Assembly (NCBI RefSeq): GCF_036321535.1
Contig: NC_087447.1
Location: forward strand, 47,184,001 to 47,248,000
DNA length: 64,000 bases
From: Camelus dromedarius
Lineage: Eukaryota
Reading direction: 5' to 3'
Shown: positions 13,875-28,500 of the stretch, in pieces
Layout of the letters: each line of letters begins with the position of its first letter
How positions within the stretch are numbered: the stretch's first letter is position 1
The notes under the pieces: model-generated
The model's database searches: none
What the model was told of the DNA's origin: nothing
What the model saw: only the letters and a program-made list of their open reading frames with translations
Position numbers and translations under genes: made by a program

Positions 13875-16800
13875 CTACAGCTTACCAGGGACATAAGAGT
13901 AGAAGAAATGAGAAATCAACAAACAAGGTGGCTGGATGAATCTGGAAATAGTTAGAGGCCTTTGAGAACTAAATACCCATCCCAGCTCCTGTGGCCACTC
14001 CCCGCAACCCCTGAATTCCCCTACCTCTCTCCCTCTTCCTTTAAATGAGTTTGTCCCTGCTGTTATCCTCCCAGCCCTCTGAGGAAAGAATGTGCCTTCC
14101 CTGTCATAATACACTGACACTCCCACTCCCTCTCTGTCCAGAAAGCTCCCTCCCTGCCTCTCTGTCTATTCTAATCCTACTTTCATGCAATGGGGTACAA
14201 TACTGGCTTGAGGACGCTCTCTCAAGAAGGCTTCCTGGATTCATCCAGTCCACAGGTCTCTCCTCCTTCCTTAGAATTTCCCCGTGCTCAGCGCCAAATG
14301 CCCAACAACACTTCTCATTTACGTAGTTCTCAGTTTACAGAAGGATTGTACTTCTCAAGTTTATCTGTAGGGTGGCTGTGTGGAAATTGGAACTCTTTGA
14401 GCCCAAGGAAAGATGGAAAGAAAAATTGAAATGCTAGATTAGGTTTCTAGGAAAGCCCACGTGAGCCTACTTGACTCTACGTGCCAATGCCTAGTACACA
14501 GTAAGAGCTCAAGAGTTGTTGGATAAATTAACAAACATGAGGTTTTAAGTATACCACTAAAAGCCTGAATTCTGGGTCCTAGTAATAGGGAGCCATATTA
14601 CATGGATAGAGAGAAGGAAAGCAAAGAGAACCAACTCTAACTGAGCACCTACTACAAGAGGAACTGCCTTGGAACTTTACGGACATCTCTCATTTACTCT
14701 TTAAACAAGCTTAAGGAGCTGATATTAATCTTTTCATGGGGGCAGTAACATGGCTCATGGAGGTGGAGTGACTCGCTTAAGGTCACAAAGTTAGCTAAGG
14801 GGCAATACAGTGACTGGAATTCAAGTACATAGTGGCTCTGTAGCCTGAATCCTCACCTCACCAGCCTTCCTCTATACTGAACCTGGAACTGGAAGACACA
14901 AGACTAAACTGACTCCAGCAAATCAACATGACATGTGCTTGGTCCTGTGCTGAATTCTGTGATGGGGGTACAGAAAAGATGTAGGGTCTGCACTAGGGAA
15001 TTCAGTTGTGGAGGGAGGACTCATGATGGCAAGAAACCAAAGCCTGTAGTGTATGGTTTCCCACAGACGTGTGTAGGAGGCCAGGAAAGAGGGAGACCAA
15101 AATTTAAGAGTGTTTCACCAACAAGGCAGGACCTGCTTATGAGGAATGTGTGTTTGGGGGAACTGATTGCTCTTCAGTGGGTTCTAGATGAAAAGACACT
15201 GGCAGAGAGTCCAGAGGCTTGGGGTTGAGTCCTAGCACCATTCTGGTACCATAATCTGTAGTAAATGCTTCTCCGGACCAAGTTAAACCTCTGTGCTGTT
15301 GAAGTAAACAGGTGATGAAGGCTTGGAAGAGGAGACACATCATGTACTCATTTATTCGCTCAGCCTGTGCTGGTGCAGGGAATGAGACAGGTACTGACAA
15401 AGCTAAAGGGGAGAGAAACCAGCAAGCACATCACCACACATAGAGTGTCATGAAGGAGGTACAGGCTACAGGTGTACAACCAGCCTTAATGACTCAGAGG
15501 GCCTCTCTGAGGAGGTGACAACCGAGACAGCCAGACAAGAGGAGACAAGGGAGGGAAGGAATGGTCCAGGCAGAAGTAAAGCCTCTCATCCAGAAGAGAA
15601 AGCAGCAGGGGTATATTAGGTCCTGAAAGAGGTCTGGCATGACTGGGGCACAAAATGTGAGGGGAGAATGTCAAGAGAGGAGGTTGGGAAACCCTCTTCT
15701 CTCACTTCTAGCTTGAAAATTTTCTTCTGGTGAAAGTCCTGGGCCTCCTACCACATATACTCTTAATCATCTTTTATGCAGAAACAATTGTCTATAGCCA
15801 AGAATGTTAAAAGAGGGGTAGAACCCTGGGGATGAATCTTCTGTGAGACAAAAATCTCTTTTTGAACAAAACCTTCCTAATTTACAAAATTTTCCCCTGT
15901 TTAGCAGGCCAAGTGGTGCCACAGACAGCACAGGGTTCCAAAAGTTGAGAGATTGGAATTCTGATCTTAACTGTGACTCTGATTGGATGGCCTCACTTCT
16001 GTAGCCCTCAGTCCACAAGACTGGAAAATTAGGAAGGGCTGAAGCAAATCAAAGAGGTTTCTGAGGGAAAAGACTCAAACTATGCCCTGAAGAACAGGAA
16101 TAATTTAAAGAGGGAGGAAGTGCATGCCAATCAAGACAAAAGGAACAGGATACTGTTATTCAAAAGCAAGGAAGTGATGGGAAGGTACACTCAGAGACCA
16201 TAAAGTAGATCCATCTGTGTGATAATTAACAGTACAGAAACAGACAGCTGCCAAGGTATGCAGGGCCTCAAAAGCCAGGCTAGGAGGCCAAGGCGATGAG
16301 CATAAAGCTTTTTTGAGCCATGCATTCCTTTGAGGATATGATCAAAGCTGATGACTCTATCCAGAAAAGTGCACAGATGCGCACACATGCTCCCCCCCAA
16401 AAATTTTTTTTACACATACAATGTCCAAGGGTTCATAGGTTCCTTTGAAATCAACTGTGGACCCTAGGTTAAAAACCTGTTCTAAAGAGTTGACAAATGC
16501 CTGGCATGTGTGCTACTGTCCTGCACTCCTGCATCTACATCAGAAATTAGGAATCTCTCCCAGCAGCTCGTTCCCATGGAGCCTCTGAAAGAGCCTCAAA
16601 ATCCTTCTCAAGACTGGTTCCAATCAGTCACCATCAATCAACTGAAGCTGGCAAAGAGGAAACCTATTTGCCATTCCTTATTTGTCACTCCATAACCTAT
16701 TTGCCAAACCTATTTGCCACTCCATAGCTTAAGCAGATTCAATTTGAAAGTGGGCAGAGTCAAAAATGGGGACAAGGAGACCAGTTTGGAGGTTACTGTG

Positions 16801-17504
16801 ATATGGACCAAGGGAGAGGAACTAGGGCCGGGAAATGAGAAAGTGGGTGTGGCTAAAAGAAACAGTGCAGGCAGAATCCTTTACGCCTTCGGTGAGTCAA
16901 TGTTCTGTGTTCCCTTCCTGGGCCCTGAGAATTCTGGAAGCAGCACTTCTCTGGAGGCAGAGCTGAAGAAAGAAGACTGAGATGCTTCCTCTTTCTGCCC
17001 CTTAAGGGTTGAGTGTAGTGTAATAAAAAGGAAAGGATAAATAAAAGGCTTTGGAGTAAGCTGAATCCAGGCTTTTGACCTGGATTCAAATTCTGGTCCA
17101 GCTAGATAATGCTGAGCAAATCAATTCGAGTCTCACATTTTCCACCTATCAAATAGGGACAATAATCTCTAATTTGCAGGGATCCCCCCCAGTCCCTGGC
17201 ATATAGCAGGTATTCAGTACAGAGTGGTTTCTGCCTGCCACCCTACCTTAATTCCATCTCTTTGATGGAACAAAGATCTGGTCTGAAGTTGGTAGTGGCA
17301 GGTTGACCAATACCCAGGGATTTTAAAACAGGGTCACACAGGATGACCTGGGTAATTCAGCCAGGCTGGCTCCAGGTACTCCTTTGTTCATTTATTCAAC
17401 AAACATGTACACACACCCACTGTGTCTGGCTGTGTGCTGGTTACTGAGAGGAGACAAGATGAAGGTTCTTACTTCCTAGGACCTGAACCAAGCAGGATTT
17501 TCCT

Positions 17505-17575
17505 TTATATATATATGTGTGTGTATGTATGTATGTATATGTGTGTGTATATATATATACACACACACACACACA
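17505..17575. repeat. Compound (TA)/(TG)/(CA) microsatellite
   Basis: Directly visible. Confidence 0.85.
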
Positions 17576-20500
17576 TAATCTTTATATATGTGCATCTGTT
17601 TATCATTTTTTTCACAAATAACTGCATTTTAAGATATGCTCATACTGCTAAGTATATAATAATTCCATTTAAAAATTGCTACTTAATTTTCCACCAGATA
17701 TTCCCTCTCTGCTCTCCCAGGGATACCCACCCAGGTAACCTCCATCTCCCAGCCACTGAAAGCAATGCTAAAAGAACATCCTCTTACATGTACCCTTTTG
17801 GACTGGTGTGAGTATTTCCCTGGATTGTAGGGTTATAGGGTTTACTTTACTTGATTTGACTAAATAGCACCAGAGTCCTCCCCAGGAGAGCTGCTCCATC
17901 TACCTTCTCACCAGCAGGACAGGGGTGTTTCTGTGTACTGCCAACACCTAGCAGTAGCCAGCTTCCTAATCACTGCAAATTCAATAGGGATCTCACATTA
18001 TTGTTTTAAATTGTATGTCTCTGATTACCAACAATTTTGAGCTACTTGTTATATGCATACTAGCATTTGGGGATTTCATTTTCTGTACATTACAGAGGTT
18101 TCTTTTAAGAGGAGGGACTGCTGGGAGAGAAGGTTTCTCCAAACTTGCAATCCTTTCAATGAAGAGTAGATAAAGCATAGGGTAGAAGCAAGAGAACTGC
18201 GTTCTAGTTCCAGCTCTGCCACCTCCTACTCGAATACCACAGGGTAGTTATATTATCTCTCTGTGCTTCAGTCTCTTCATAGGTCCACTAGGGTTTTAAG
18301 AGGTGACACTGAAATCTGAAGGAAAGGGCTCCACAAACCTGAGGGGTCACTCCTAGGAGGCAAATGTCAGTGTTCTTCACTGCGACACCAGCTTTTAAGC
18401 CCTGCCCAGCAACCTGACTGAGCATCGCTCTTTGCAGCCTCTTGGGGCTGAGGTATAATGAAAAAAGCAATGGCCCTGGAGTCCAAAGGCTGGAGTTCAG
18501 ATTCTAGCTCTGTCACTTACTAGCTGTGAAATGGGGGATATATTAATTCCTATTGTGCAAAGTGGCTGTAAGGATTAAAAGAGATACCACAAGGCAGAAC
18601 TCCACAAGGAGTGGTGGCACCTGGTAAATCCAAGAAGGACTAAAGCAAGCATAAAAACCACAAATGACCCCAACTCCAAACAACTTTTCCTCTTTCAGAG
18701 CTGGGTGGGCTCCTCTCCTACTTTCTCTCTGTGTGAGAGCAGTTCCAAAAGTTCAGATTTCACAAACCCAGGTTTCTTCCATTTCATTTTGTTGCTTTGC
18801 AAGTGAATGCCCAGCGGGCAGTCATTTCAAAGTCCTGGGCCAGCTGGGCGGGTGACTGCCTGCTGAGAGTGGCTGAAAGGGCCTCTGAGGCCTGAGAAAG
18901 CCACCCTTGCTCTCCCCTGTGATTTTCACCAATGGACAAAATGCGGCAAGTGAATTAATCTCTTTTAAAAAGAGCAATGCTTGTGACAGAGCACGGTGTC
19001 TCCGAAAAGGTTAGGATTCCATCATCCCTGAGATGATGAGTGGAATGTTTAATATAGGTTGCCACTCAGGGCAGAGCAGCCTGTGTCGGGGGGCTGGGGA
19101 GTGGGGGTGGGCACTGCAGGCCTTTCTAGGTTCATTCAGAACTTGAAGAAGATCCTTCCCTAATGAACTAGGTCTCCTGCTTGGCAAGGCAGCAGGAGGT
19201 AGCACTAACTGGGGGCTGACCCAGGGTAGAAGCTAGAGAGGAGACCACACTAGCAGTCCCGAGCTGAATCCCAGCTCCTGTACAACTCTCAGGCAGTAGA
19301 GTGGGGAGGGAAAATAAGGAGAGATCTTGGCTCAAACACAGGCTCTATTGGGTGGGTAGCCGTGGGTGAGTGAGTGACTTAAACTTTCTGGACCTCACGT
19401 GGTTCCCTCATCTGAGTGACAGCTCCTGCTCTCTGAGCCTGTTTCTACATCTGTTTAAAAAGGAAGAGGAGGACCCCACTGGCCCTATCCTACTCCATGT
19501 GTCATGCAGCAGCACCATGAAAAACAATGAGACAAACTAATATAAAAGCACTTGGTATGCAATAAAGCACTGGACAAACAGAAGAGCCTATGCTATTGTT
19601 ATTATCATTTTTCCAATTTCTGTCTGCCTCATTTTAAGGAATTAAAGAGTAAACTAGGATGATATATGAAAGGTGTACACAGAATTTGGTACATAAGTGC
19701 TCCAAATTTTCTGTGGATTGTTGAATGAATGATCTCAAATCCCCAGGCAAGGGCAGTGGTAGAATAAGGGCTTCCTAGCCCAAGAGCTGAAGATTTCCAG
19801 AGGAGAGTAACTAATCAAGGGAAAAAAATAAAGCTGCTCCCATCTATCAGGGATCCAACAGTCCTGAAGGCGATGGACCAAACAGGCAGCAGTGGTTACC
19901 TCTGCTGGGGAAGGGGGATGAGGGAGTCAAACTTTCACTTCCTGCTGTGAACACATCAGTATTGTTCGAAGTTTTGTTGCTATTTTTTATAATAAACATA
20001 CTATTACTCCTAAGAAAAAAACTTTCTTAGAGGAAAAAACCCCCCACAAAACCCTTACCCTTTCAGTTGTCATATAGTTTCCTAGCTTCCTTGTCTCAGT
20101 CCCCGGTAGTCGCATGGCCTCCTAGAAACAAGGATGTGCCCTGTCTCTGAGCTCCCAGTGCTGCTGGCACAGTGGCCCAGACCAGAGGGCTCAGGGGCTG
20201 AACAAATGAATGTCTGCAGCATTTCCCTATACAACTCTCTCACCAGTATGCCCATATACTTGTGTGCCTGACTTTTTCATAGAACTTAGGCTCCTGTGTA
20301 CATGTGGGACGGTGTGGGTGGGGCTTCTCACTCTCAGGGCTGAGGACACTTAGACACAGGCCGGAGGCTGGAGGCCATGGGTTCCAGTCATGGCTCTCTC
20401 AGTAACTAGTTTTGTGACCTGGATAAATTTGTCTCTCTGGGCCTCACTTGTCTCTGCAGTAAAATAAGGGAATTGAATTAAATGATTTCTCAAGTCCCAG

Positions 20501-23500
20501 CCAATTCTAAAAATCTTTGGATTCTAAACATGTACAGTATCAAAATTGAGAAGTGGATTCCTAGCAGGCATAGGCACCAGCTAGACTTCCAAAGAAAAGA
20601 TAACTCCTCGGGCTTGCTATTTCTAGGAGAGAAGGAGGGAGAGAGTCCCAGATGGGTATGGGACAGTTACGAATTACTCCGGCAAACCAGCTCTTCTACT
20701 CAGGGGAGGGAGGTACCACTTGATTTTTTCTTCCTCCTTCTTTATGACTAATCAATACAAAGCGGCCACTGAACTTCAATTGTGTATTGTTCCAACTGAT
20801 TTCCGGATCCTTCACATGAACTGCCCTCAGCTGCAGCTGGGGAGGCCTGTCCCACCTGCATCAGAGGCCTGGAAGCAGTGAGCCATGCAGACTCAATCAT
20901 GATCGCTATCTGGGCAACAGGGCCCTGGTTGGAGCCTCGCAGAAGGCCCTGTTTACAGTAATAACAGCACCAGGCCCTGCTGTCTGAGCTGAGGCAAGGC
21001 GCCTGGGGCTAGAATCCATACACAGCCTCCATCTGCGCCTTATCTACCCAGTCAGCCTGGGCTGGGAGGGGTGAGGTAAGGGAGGAAAGGCTGCTTTCAG
21101 ACCCCAGCCAGACCTCAGACTGCCAGTGGACTTCAGGCAGGTCCTAGCACTCCAACTCCACAGACACAAGGCCTCTCTGGCATCTTTTGCTTTCTCTACT
21201 TGAACTGAACACTCTCCTTCAAGGCCTCACTTGCGGCCCTTCCCCTAGGAAGCTCTCCAGATGCTCTCACCCTCAGTGAGACTGCCCGGCCCAGCACTGC
21301 CATACCCGGACTACCCCAAAGAGCTGTGCGTAGGCAGTGAGGCAGAAGGACCAGCAATTATGCAGCACTGACAATGAATGCAGGTGTGTTGCGTAATGTG
21401 CCTGTGTGCTTCATAACCAGTTACTTCCTATCATGTAAACTTTAAAAATTTCCAGACATAAAGAAGGATCTGCTGAGATGAGTCTGGTCAATCCTTTCTC
21501 TTATACATACAGATATGGAGGCTCAGACAGCACCAGGCCTTCAAATAGACTGATTCGGGTATGAGCTTGCACCTGTCTCTTCCAGGCTGTGTGACTGTAA
21601 GCAGGCCATTCTAACCTCTCTGAACTTCAGCCATTCTACCTTATTCGTCTGCCAGACCTACCTAACAAGGGCACTGAGATGAAGAGATGACCAAAGGACA
21701 TAATGTATGTGCAAGCATTCACATCTTCTAAGTGTTAGCTATCATTATTACCATTCAAAGGCACACAGCAGAGGAGCTATATCAGAATCTCACTGAATAC
21801 TGCTGGATTAAACAGAATAAAACCAAGGCTGGGGGAATCTTTTTTTTCCCTATCTTTCTTACAGTTTCTAGCAGGAACTTAGCACACATTAAAATGCATA
21901 GATTATTAATTTTTAATTTTGAAACAATTTCAAACTACAGAGCAGTTAAAAAATAGCACAGACTCCAGAAAAACCCCTCAGATAAATCCTTCACTCAGAG
22001 TCTCACCACATTTTGTCTCAGGTGCTTACCATTCCTTTTTTTCTTTTCTCCTAGACCATGAGAGAGTTCATTTCAGACATTATTCCCCTTTACTTCCAAA
22101 TAGTTATACACATATTTCCTAGTACAAGGACATTCTCTTACATAACCATTAATCAATAATGATCAAATTCAGAACACTTAACATTGATAAAATATTTTAA
22201 CCTAATACAAAGTCTATTTAAATTTCTTCACTTATCCAAATCGTATCTTTTATAGCAATTCAGCCCCTGCCCTGGATCCAGATATAAGGCAAGATCGAAA
22301 CTGGAATCAAGCATTGCAGGTGCCTTCAGTTTCCTTTCATCAAGGATAACTTCTCAGCCTTTCTTTGATATTCATGATACCAACATTTTTGCAGAGTACG
22401 GCCAGTTTGTTTGTAGATTATCCTTCAATCTGGATAACATTTTTTTGAGAAACCACAACCCATCATTCGGCTATTCATTCCATAAACTTTACACGAGACT
22501 GATTATTACAGCACTCTGAGCAGGATACTAAGGGCACTCTGAATGAATTCTGCAGTATCCTTGACTTCAAGGTGTTCACTAGACAGCTACACACTTGACA
22601 AATAACTAAAATACAAGCAGGGGACATGTGAGTGTAAGTCAGAGCAAAAGCCACAGGGATGACTTCTTGAAGGCAGAGACATGAGCTGTGCTAGAAAGGA
22701 TGGGCAGAGCAGATTCCTCTAATGAGCTCCTGGGATCTTCTATGGGAAATATCTCTGCTTCCTAAAACAGTGTGCACCATGGCTGGGATTCCATAAAATT
22801 CGAAAACCAACAATACGAGGCCAGAAAGGGAGGGAGTGGTCCAGGACACCCTCATCTGGGTACCTCTGCTCAGGGCTCTAAACAGCTGCCTTGGTGACTT
22901 GGTGACAAGAAGGCAAGGTCTGTCTAGGCAGCTGAAGTGTGGAAAAGGGCCATGAGCTCCACCTACTGGCACCATAGCAGGCCTAGAGGCTGCTGTGGAG
23001 GGCAGCAGGGCAGCAGGGCAGCTGCCAGGGAGACACAGAAGTGGCTCAGATTTCTTAAACAAGGTTGGCACTTGAGCTGCCACTGCCAAGCTCCAGAACC
23101 CTATGAGATTTTCAGTAAAGAATGGACTGGGCAAAGCCAAACACAATACCTGGCCCTGTCTAGACAAGTGGGGGCAAATTTTGGCCTTCATTAATTCAGG
23201 TTTGTCCCAGTAACAAAACTCAAGTAGCCTCTTCTCCAAGCCAGGCTCCGTGCTGGACACTGAGGGTACAGAGATGAATCAGACATGGATCCTGCCCACA
23301 AGGAGCTTCCAGTCTGAACTGGGGCTGGGGAAATTGGACAAGTAAGTATACAAATAAGTGTTTTAAGGAACACAAGTGCTCTGACAGCTGCCTGTACAGG
23401 TTCAGTGAGCACACAGTATGCTTGGCTCTTCAGGTCTTGCAAAGCTCTTGAATGGTGGAGTTCAAAAGAGCTAACGTTTCTTGAGCAGCCTACTATGCAT

Positions 23501-24759
23501 CAGGCACTTAGCATTTATAATCTCACATGTCCTGTGATAGAGAAGGAGCCTGAGTCAGAGAGAGAGAGGGCAAATGACTTGCTCAAGATTACATGGCCAG
23601 TAAGTGGCAGCTGGGGACTGGAGCCCACACTCTCTCTACTGAACCATCCTGCCTTCCAGGGCACATATCCCAACTTCTTCCCTTCTTTCCCACATTTAGC
23701 CTGGAGCTAGCACAAGTGCATGAGAGGTGTCTGATGGAACTAACCAACTGCCAGGAAAAGATAAATAAGGAAAAGCCTTAAGTGGAAAGGAGGTTATCTG
23801 AGGGACGAAGATTCGCTTTGATTAGTTCTGCTTCCTAGAACTTTCTCCCTTGGAAGAGACCCTCTTCTCTTAGACTGAAATCCCATTTTCTTCTTCATGG
23901 AAGTCTCCATACTACCAGCACTACTTTCACAGTCACATGGCAATATGATACTTCAAAGTGGTCTTGCCTATAGGTTAAAACAAACTTGGCAAACAATTCC
24001 AATCAATGGATGATAGAAGCACAGGAAGCCCTAGTTCTCTGTAGACTGGGATGACTGCAAGCTTAACAGAATCTAGAAGTATAATACAGCTGCCAAGAAA
24101 ACTAATACAAGCTCAGCCCATGTTAACAGACTCATAAAATCTCTAAAAAGGGGATCACTGCCCTGCTGCTCACAGTAAAGTCATGCCCCACTGGAATTCA
24201 GAAGGGGCAACAAAAACTCTGTGGCCATTTCTTTAGAAAATGACTAGGATGAGAAGACTTGAAACTATAATTTAGGGAACCAAGGCTTATTTGGCTTGGA
24301 GCACTGTCTCCTAATATTTAAAAATCTGCAACAGGAAAAGGGAACTGTGAAGTCCTGGAGGACAGAGCAGGGACCAGAGGGGAGTTGTAGAGGGAGCTAA
24401 CTACATAACAGCAGCACACCCCGTGTCGTGCTATGCCAGGTGCTCTCACAACATTACCTCAGAATTCATCACAACATAAAATATTTTTCTAATTACAAAG
24501 GCTTTTGCTTACACTTCTCCAACTGCACAGAATGTCTTTCCACCCAACTGCTTGTATCCAAATATTACCCTTCTCCAGGACCAGACTAAATGCCACCTTG
24601 TCTATGGAGCCTTAACTTTCTGTATGTACTAATCACAATTCTCTTACCAGAGTGCAAGTTTCTTGAAAAGCAAAGGTAATCATGATACATCTTTATGCTC
24701 CTCCTCAATGCTGAATGGAGCATATTGTTCATGATGAGCCTTAAGAATGAATAAATGCC

Positions 24760-25580
24760 AAGGAAAATGTACAAATTGCCAAAAAGCACATGAAAAGATA
24801 CTCAACATCATTAGCCATCAGGGAAATGCAAGTCAAAACCACAGTGAGAAATTACTTCACGCACACTGAGATGGCTCTAATAAAAAAAGACAATAACAAG
24901 TGCTGACAAAGACATGGAGAAATCAGGACTCTCACATTTTATATTGTTGGTGAGAATGTTAAAATGGCGTAGCCACTTTGGAAAACAGTCTGGCAGTTCC
25001 TTAAAATGTTAAACATAGAGTTACCATGTGACCTAGCAGTTCTACTCCTAGGTGTCTACCCAAGAGATATAAAAATATATATTCACACAAAAACCTATAC
25101 ACAAATGTTCATAGCAGCTTTATTCACAATAGCCAAGAAGTGAACATACAACTGTCCATCAACTGATGAATGTATAAATAAAATGTGGTATATCTATACC
25201 TGGAATATTATTCAATCATAAAAAGGAACAAAGTACTGACAAATGCTACAAGACAGATGAGTCTTGAGAACATATTAAATGAAAGAAGCCCATCACAAAA
25301 GGCCACATATTGTATGAGTCCGTTTATATGAAATGTCCAGATAGGCAAATCCATAGAGAAAGTCAATTAGCAGTTTCCAGAGTCTGGAGGCAGGGGGAAT
25401 GAGGAGTGACTGCTGATAGGACTGGGTTTTTTTTTTGGGGGGGGGTGATGAAAATGTTCTGGAATTAGACAGTGGTGATGGTTACATAATCTTGTAACTA
25501 TATTAAAAGCCACTTAACTGTGTATTTTAAAAGGGTGAATTTTATGATATGTGAATTATATCTCCAAAGGAAAAAGAAAA
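24760..25580 (+). mobile_element. Old L1 (L1MB-like) 3' end
   Basis: aagcacatgaaaagatactcaacatcattagccatcagggaaatgcaa...gaaaatgttctggaattagacagtggtgatggtt...gtgaattatatctc. Confidence 0.85.
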
Positions 25581-28500
25581 GATAAATGAATGAGCACATG
25601 TCTGATTAGAGTCTGCTTATCACTCAGGCGGCAGGGTGTGCCTCATATCTAGAGATGCCCAACTGAGGGATGGATGTTGCCCTTAAGAGGAGACTTGAAC
25701 ACTGGAGAGCAAGTGAGGCTGGAGAGAAAAGTGTCTTGTGGCCCATCGAACCCATCAGGGGCTGCACCTGAGCCCTGCTTGACCCTATGAAGAATACTGC
25801 TCTGCTTGCTGGACTCTGAACCCTTGGGAATTCCAGAGGCCTCCCCCAATTGTTTATGCTTTACACTCTGCCCCTGCTCACTGTCTATCTGCAAAGGCTG
25901 GTCAAACATACAGACTTCCTGGGAGGCCTGGGTGCTATCCCCCCAAACAAAAGAGCATTGAGATGGAAGCCTCAGCTCAGACTCAGGGAGGATTCTTATG
26001 TAGCCTTCTTGGGCCTCCCACCCACATGAATGGAGGATCCTGGAGACCAGTCAGCCTGCCTAGCTGCTGTACCCTCCTGCTGAGTAGACTTTGGAGAATA
26101 AACAAGGTTTCATTCAACCAATCAATCAACTGGCCAGACTCTTATCTGTACTGTATACTGAGTGCCCAGGCAGCCTTGTGTGACTAGCTGTGGTGGAGGA
26201 AGGAGGAGGTGCCATACACTTAGCTGTGACAGCATGGCCTAGGGGAGGAGACACAGGCATGAAGCAACTGAAGAGAAGGGCAAGGAGGTGAAAACTAAAT
26301 CTGATACCTTTTGGCTCAGACTTTAAGGCTGTGGGAATTTTCATGAGAAAGATCAAGATGTGCTAGAACAAGAAAAGCACATAGTATGGATTCACATTGG
26401 CCTTGGTTTCAATCACAGCTCTACAAGTCCTCACGAGCTGCAGGGTAGAAAGCACTAAATCTGTCTAAACCTCAAGTTTTCTCATCTGGAAAGTGGACAT
26501 AACACATTCTGTTTTTGTAATACGTAGCAAAGAATGAAGACAATACATATACAGTATCTAGTACTCAGCTTCACAAAGAGTGGGTATCTAGTAAATGACA
26601 GTTATTATTACTAGGGAGGGTGAGTGTCTCGAAGAGGAAGGGCTTGAGGTGGGCAATGAACCATGAACAGGATCTAGACAGAAGAACGGGGGGAGTTGGG
26701 AGCACTGCAAAGGCTCACAAGTAGGAAAGAGTAAGTTGCACGTTTAAGACTAGAGAAGCCAAGTCTGACTAGAATGGGGGTTCTTGAGACAGAGGGGAGC
26801 CAGGCTTGGCTGGCAGGAATGCAGGGGGGAGTGGCTGTCAGTGAAGAGCAGAGTTGAGGGGAGGACAGACAAGAGATCTAGATATGACATTTATCTTCAG
26901 GTACCTTGTGGACTCCCAGTCAGGCAGACTGAAATGGTTCTCCCTTGAGCTAGAAAACATCTCCCTGAGCCTGGCAGAGTGCTGGGAGGAAACTGAGACC
27001 CAGGCAAGCTCCTCTCTGTTTCAAGTCTTACAACCTCCTCATTTGTAAAATAACGTGGTGGCCCACTTCCAAGCAGGCAATTCTGGGCAAATTACTCAAA
27101 CAACCCAAAGTTTTGTTTTATCATCTGTGGAATGGGGCTATATTACTTGCACAGTTGTAGGATTTAGTGATTAAAGCCTCATGCGAAGCCCATCACAAAG
27201 AAGGCATTCAAAAAACATCGGCCACCAATAGTAATATTTAACAATGTTATTAAATATCATTTTATAATATTTAAAACATTTTATAACATACATATACAAA
27301 CAATACACACAAAATGTATACAAAATTACATTATCAAAGGAATATGCTATAAAGACTAAATAAAACTGAATATACGTGGGCTCTAAAAAAAAGCATTACA
27401 GGTGGTATTTTTGTTTTTCGCTCCACCTTATACTCATTTACCTTGTGTTCATTAGTCTGGGGGTGTTAGTCTCTGAATGTTTACACTAAGAGCTTAAGAA
27501 AAATGTAGGGTAAAAATTGAATATCCAGAAAATTCTATCCATTACCTCAATTTATTTTGCTAGTTCAGGGGCAAAAACCTGGTGTAGTTAACAACATTCA
27601 GTAACAATCCTATAATGTACTGAGCATCTGTTCGTGCTAGGCACAGCACTGGCTGATTTTTTTCATTTAATTTTCTTATTTAACACTCATAGCAATGGTG
27701 TGAGGTAGGTTAATCATCAGCCCACTTTACAGATGAAGAATCTAAGGCTAGAGAGGGTAGGCTACTTTCCCAAGGTCACAGAGCTAACAAATGGCATTGC
27801 TGGAATCCAAACCTTGTTTTTCTCAGACTCCAGAGTCCTTATCACCAGGATTCCTGCCAATGATATGAAAGCCTCTTTGGGCAGAACCACTGACAGAGTC
27901 ACAAGGAGAGAACCACTTGCTGCCATAGGAGGACTTCGGGCCTGGGACCCCTGCTCAAAAGGGAGGAGAGGGAAGAAAGCAGGATGCAGAAGAGCCTCCA
28001 AGTTCCAAAGTGAGATTTTCTCAGAAGGCTTTTCAAACAGGACAGGGACAGAGCAGGAACTGTGAGGCAAACTGCTAAAGTGAATCTGGTAAGCCCAGTA
28101 ACATGTTAGTTGGACTGTTTCTAATATTCTTGGACTTCTCTCTGTTCCTCAGTTTCCTAGAAAATTCTTTGTGAGAAAATCCAACTGGTTCCAGCCATGC
28201 TAACAGGATTTGTGTTATGGCCATAATTGAGCTGGGACTTTCAAGAAGCAGCACTTGGGCCACAGCAGTGGTGGTGGGGAGATAGAGCCTGACAGCTGTC
28301 CCTGCTGGGGGGCCCTGGGGGACTGCCACTTTGTGGCTTCACTGCCTCAGTGGCTGGATCAGTGCCCAGAAGATGTTGGCACACACAGAAGAAGCTGGTA
28401 AGCACTCAGATTGGCTCCTAATGTTTCTCAGCAATCAGAATAGCTGGTGAGCACATCAATCCCTTCCCAATATCCCCTGCTCCCCACCCCCAACTCAGCT

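Noticed and set aside
22691..23260. 189-aa ORF
   Set aside because: Intronic, begins in L2-like sequence, no domain or homology recognised.
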